NCBI GenBank assembly: GCA_965153355.1
Contig: OZ231126.1
Coordinates: 12,834,001 to 12,898,000, forward strand
Direction of reading: 5' to 3'
Length of the DNA: 64,000 nt
From: Flaccisagitta enflata
Taxonomy: Eukaryota
How positions within the stretch are numbered: the first letter of the stretch is position 1; each line of letters starts with the position of its first letter. Both the position numbers and the translations under genes were made by a program. Positions 58,951-64,000 of this stretch are shown piece by piece. The notes under the pieces were generated by a model, which was not told the DNA's origin, made no database searches, and saw nothing but the letters and a program-made list of their open reading frames with translations.

Positions 58951-59730
58951 GAGAAACCGATGAAAGATGGACCGATAACGGGGAAGTTGGAGACAAAGCC
59001 CAAAAAGAAGAATCGAGTTATGTGTGGGAATGAGAGTAAAACGCCACAAGTTTTCTCTTTGTGTTTCTTTCTCACCCTTATTCCGTCTGTTAACATCTGT
59101 CTATCTATCAGATTGTCTGTTTGTCTTTCTGTCTGTCTGACGGTCTATCTGTCTTCCAGTTTGTATCCCTGTTTGTCTGTCTGTCTGTGTCCGTCTGTCT
59201 GTGTCTGTCTGTCTGTGTCTGTCTGTCTGTGTCTGTCTGTCTATCTGTCTGTCTGTCTGTCTGTCTGTCTCTGTGTCCGATTTCTACATCTCTATCATTT
59301 AAAGAGCTTTCATGAAAACAAATCATTTCACTACAATATAAACCGAGATGCCACGGCTAAAGAATGACATACTTATTTCAATGCAGACAAAAGTTTTTAT
59401 TCAATTTCAAGTTAATGATTCAAGAAATAAATTCGATGGAAAGTGGGAACACATCATTTTTGCTGTTGCAATCAGGATTAACATTTCCGTGAAGAAACTT
59501 GTTAAGTCACAGTGCAAACGAGTACGCAATTTGACAAGTCAAAACGATTTATATGATATTTTTTATCTTATCTATTCAAAGAATTTTTATGTAGATAAAG
59601 GATTTGTGGTTGGTAATCATCCATTTTTTGCATAGAAAAACGTTTTTCTGTACCATATGCTTAGGAAATGTGAGAAAAAAGCATGCGAAATTAATGGATT
59701 TTCAACAAAAATTGATTCTTGTGCATTGAC

Positions 59731-59886
59731 ATGTCTCGCGTAAAAAACCGAATCTGTCTCTGAATTCAAAATTTTGCATTTTGAAAAACATGGCATCAGT
59801 CTAAACACTTCTAAGAAACAGGCCATGTGTTTAGAAATGCAAAATTTTGCATTCAGAGACAGATTCGGTTTTTTACGTGGCAACAT
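59731..59886. mobile_element. ~156-bp palindromic MITE-like element
   Basis: CGTAAAAAACCGAATCTGTCTCTGAAT...CATGGC pairs with GCCATG...ATTCAGAGACAGATTCGGTTTTTTACG; TSD not resolved. Confidence 0.65.
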
Positions 59887-60865
59887 CTAATGTTTTCCGT
59901 GCAATTTTTTTCCAAGAATTCTGTTGTTTCACTGAGTATGCTGCGACTTTACCGATGCGAGATCAATATCATTGGTCAGTTAACCGGTTTTTGATTAATT
60001 TAGGGAGTATAAAGCATGCATAACATTTCAGTTTTTGCCACATTTCCGCTGCATAGCAGCGTATTCTATCACAGTACAGAACGATTTGTCAAATTTGGCG
60101 CTGTTCTGCACCACGACTTAAACAAAATTCATTTTCACACAAAAAGAGGTACAAATTATTGCCTACGACTGACGCATGCACAAATGGTTGAAGGAAACAT
60201 GATATAGATTCAATAACGGAAATGTCGAAATAAAAACGAACTTCACATATAAGATGGGAATTAGGGAAGGTCATGACAAAATATTTTTACTAAAACATAA
60301 TCATGGCATTATGTCAAAAGATAAGTTGGTCGGCTCGAAGCGCAAATTCATTTTTTATCTATTATCTTTTCTTACATTCGTAACTCATACTGTCACACAA
60401 GTTAAGACTTTTTTGGTGAACCAATTGTACAAACAACATTTTTGATTTTGACTCAGGATGTTTGTTTTTTTTTCCTCAAATTTTTGGTTACATTACACGA
60501 TACATTTTCATGCCATAACAAAGAAATTAAGTTCATCAATCATATAAATAAAATCAGTTTTGGTCATTTTATGGTTTATCAACAAATAAAGATTGTTACA
60601 CATACATGAGGCAAATGATGATGAGCATTGTGACGGTGACAATGGCAAAATATGATATAATTTTGACAATTTGACAAATTTTCAAACATAAATGACGATT
60701 GAAATCAAAGATGAGAGTGACTAGACAATACGGAACGATGAGCGGGTTAGAATTATGAAAAGTACGAGTAGGAGAAGGAAGAGGAAGAGATGAAGATTGT
60801 GGGGAATTGATTCAAGGTATGTCGCCAAATTCACATAGCAAAACACCTGTGCCATACTGAAGCGA

Positions 60866-60968
<103 letters not shown>

Positions 60969-62166
60969 CTTCGCGCTCCCTTATGTACCTATGTGATACT
61001 CTTTCTATCTCCCAATCAAAACATTTTTTCCCATGCCGTGAATTGACGACTTGTGGAGCAATGAAGAGGTTGACACATGGAGAAGGAGGAGGAAGAGAAG
61101 GAGGAGGAGGAGGAAGAAGAGGAGGAGGAGAAAGGGGAGGAGGAGGAGGAAGAGAAGGAGCAATGAAGAGGTTGACACTTGGCCGGGACTCGTGCCAAAT
61201 CAACTCTCAACACTCAAACACTCAATCCAATCGTTTGAGCTGCACAGTGCTCTGGCAATGATGGCACAGTGATCCAGATTCCAAAGTAAGTAAGAAGATC
61301 TTTTGACCTCCTCTACTATACTATTCCTTTGCTTAAATTCTTTTTCATGTAACTCATATGAGTATCTAAAGCACACGCCCTCTCCTGTCAGTAAAATGTT
61401 ACTAGAATTGCACTTATATCCCTTAATCACTGTTACTTAACCATGTTTAAAACATGACCTTTTACAAACAGTTCTGGTTGACTGTGCTATCATAGTTGTC
61501 GACAGATGATGAAAATCCATTGCAAATTTGCAAATCAGCCAACTATTCAATCAGAAGGAGAAGTAGAAGGAGCAGAAGGAGGAGAAGGAGAAGAAGGAGC
61601 AATGACGGTTTATTGGCGCGGCCCAACGTGAAAAAATAAAGAAAGGGGGTGGCTTCATCAAGGAGAGAGGAACGAGGGGTGACCTACCAGGGCTCTAATG
61701 GCTGTGGAGGCTCTAGTGACTTTGATTGCTGTAGTGGCTGTGGTGTCCCTGGTGGCTGTCCCAGTGGAGAAATGAGAAGCGTTGGAGTGAATAGAAAAGT
61801 ATGTAAAGAATGACTTAAGATGGGCTCTAATATTAAAGGAAAAAATGGTTTAGACTTGTGTCTTAGAATCAGAATGAGAGCATGTTTTAGAGCATGTTTC
61901 AGAATTGAATGATTTTGAGAAATGAGAGAAAAAAAAGCAATTTGAGATCCTTTCATGTCCGTTTATACAAAGAAAAGCACCTATAGGAATTTCTCTCTCC
62001 CCCCCCCCCACTAGCTTCAGCCTTTACTTTCTCACTTTCCCATTCTTATCCTTACAAATAGTTAAGATGAAAATATAAACAACAAGAATTTTACAGCTGT
62101 CGGGCAGAGAGTTAAAAAATAATATTCTTAAACACATTCCAATCTATAGAAATTGCTACAATCATT

Positions 62167-63854
62167 TCAACAACCGGGCGAGATAGGTCCGTCTGATTGC
62201 GATGAAACTCCATCTACTGCGGTTGCTGCAGTTGCTGCCGTGACGACCGGCTTGAACGCCGTAAACTTGGAGGCTCCAAGAATAGCACCGGTTGGCGAGG
62301 ACATGCTGGAGCTTAGGGAAGCGGACGAAGGAGAAGTCATTAACAGCGAACTGGTGTTGCTGCCACTGTTGTTGTTACAGTTATTGTTGTTGCCACTGTT
62401 GTTAGTATTTTCGCCGCGTCGCATTTGCGAAAAAGCTCCCGATGCGCCAAATGGATGCTCCAAGGAAGATAAAGAAGAAGAAGAGGATGAGGAAGCGTTG
62501 TAAGTTGACGAGGGAGTTGGGCGGTGGATGACGCCGTCGTTGGATGAGGATCCCGTCGACGAGCCACTCGGCGTCCGCGGATGATGATGTTGATGAGGAT
62601 GCTGCAGCAGTGGATGTTGCGGTAACTGTTGCTGCTGGTGCTGAAGCTGGAGAGGAGATTGTTGCTGTTGTTGCGATTGTTGCGAAAAGTAGTCTGACGA
62701 AGAGGGTGACATTGTCGACGCCGGCGACAGCAGCGGCGAAGATGTCGAAGTTGTTAAAGAGGATTTTAGCGCCGACGCTGAGGAAGAGACGCCGCCGATG
62801 CCGACGCCGCTCTGCAGCCTCGACAACGCCGCCATTTGAGACGCCGCAGCTGCTGCCGCGGCCGCCGCGCTCATCGCCGCTGCCGGATTCCGCGTCGGCG
62901 ACGGGAAATAGACGCCGGAAGCGCCGCCGGGATGATGAGGATGTTGAGCGGATGAAGCGGCGTCATTTAGCGCCACCGTGGAGCCACTTCCGGCGGCAAA
63001 AAGTCTGGAGGAGGCCGTCGATGTCGGAATCGGCTTCGGAAGTCCGTTTGTCTGCACAGCCGCTAAATGTTGCTGTTGCTGTTGTTGTTGTTGTTGCTGT
63101 TGTTGTTGATGTTGTTGTTGCTGTTGAAGCGCAGCAGCTTGCAGATTGGCTGCGTACTGCGACGCCGCTGCCGATGCCGCTGAAGCCTGCTGTTGATGTT
63201 GATGATGGAACACCCCGTCAACCCAATTTCTCAAGTTCGACATCGGCGACGCGAAACCAGCCGATGCCGATGACGCCGCCGCGGCAGCCGCAGCTGCTGC
63301 GGCAGACTGAAGATGATGTTGTTGCTGCTGCTGCTGCTGTTGCTGTTGATGATGTAGCGATTGCTGATGCATTTGCTGTTGAGGAAACCCGTTGCTGCCG
63401 GGAAAGATGCCGCCGCCAGGAAATCTGCCGGGAGATTCGGGCTGCCGCAAGTAAGTATGTTGCTGTTGATGAAGATGATGAGAGGAGGAGGAAGAGGAGG
63501 AAGGAGGAGGAGGAGTGGAGGCGGTGGCGGTGGCGGCCAGACTCCAAATTCTGGGCTTGGAGGAGGAAGAGGAAGAAGCATCTGCGACAGTCGGTGATGA
63601 CAAAGGAGATCGACTGCGCTCCCGGCTGCCGTGAGAAGCCGGAGAGAGACGACCGGAAAGGGCTTTGGAACTGTGGTGGTCGTTGCTGTGGGGATGGTGG
63701 TTTGAGTTGTGGTGGTTAGGATTGTGGGGATGAGAAGAAGGAGGGGGAGGAGGAAGGGCGCCGTGAGGAGGAAGCGCCGGATGATGAGCGTGACGCAGGA
63801 GAGAGGAACGCCGCAGCGACTCGGCGTCATCGTGATCAGTCACAACGTCGATAT
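62167..63854 (-). CDS. Irx: Iroquois-class (TALE) homeobox gene, final coding exon (partial gene; homeodomain lies beyond the window end)
   Basis: 558-aa ORF containing the IRO box KPRIWSLAATATA (63520-63558), LRNWVDGVFH (63205-63234) and FTAFKPV (62245-62265); polyQ/A/S/H tracts; minus-strand acceptor (pyrimidine tract + cctattcAG, AG at 63856-63855), phase 1; stop at 62167-62169. Confidence 0.9.
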
Positions 63855-64000
63855 CTGAATAGGTGGTGGAGGAAGAGGAGGAAGAGGAGGAAGAGGAAGA
63901 GGAGTAAGTGGAGAAAGAAGAGGATGAAGACGAAGGGGATAAGGTGGAGGAAAGGAGGAGAGAGGAAGAAGGAGAATGGTTGTTAAAAAAAAACAGTACA

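Noticed and set aside
62544-63719. 391-aa plus-strand ORF opposite Irx
   Set aside because: Antisense shadow of a GC-rich low-complexity exon; the recognisable motifs are on the minus strand.

Overview
Repeat-dense animal (probably invertebrate) genomic DNA; no prokaryotic features, rRNA, tRNA or CRISPR seen. Coding content: (1) three phase-1 exons (1089-1319, 3785-3883, 8132 onward, + strand) that splice in frame into an acidic protein ending in a ubiquitin-like/UBX-like domain, which needs either a +1 shift at a T6 run (8201-8206) or an unseen exon; (2) an intronless 560-aa protein with 18 C2H2 zinc fingers (20439-22121, +); (3) the last coding exon of an Iroquois (Irx) homeobox gene with an IRO box (62167-63854, -; homeodomain outside the window). 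The rest is microsatellites, many DINE-1/HINE-like (Helentron-derived) elements carrying micro- and minisatellites, and non-autonomous cut-and-paste elements (TA-TSD Tc1/mariner/pogo-type MITEs, 8-bp-TSD hAT-type elements), several nested inside HINEs. The most striking structure is a 3,558-bp non-coding foldback element (41620-45177, TSD CTACCTAC) with 1,510-bp inverted arms built from a 570-bp repeat, itself three ~190-bp monomers. Each monomer carries a GAAAG-N13-CTTTC-type module that also occurs in apparently unrelated transposon families in the window. Nearly all other ORFs in the track are microsatellite artefacts.
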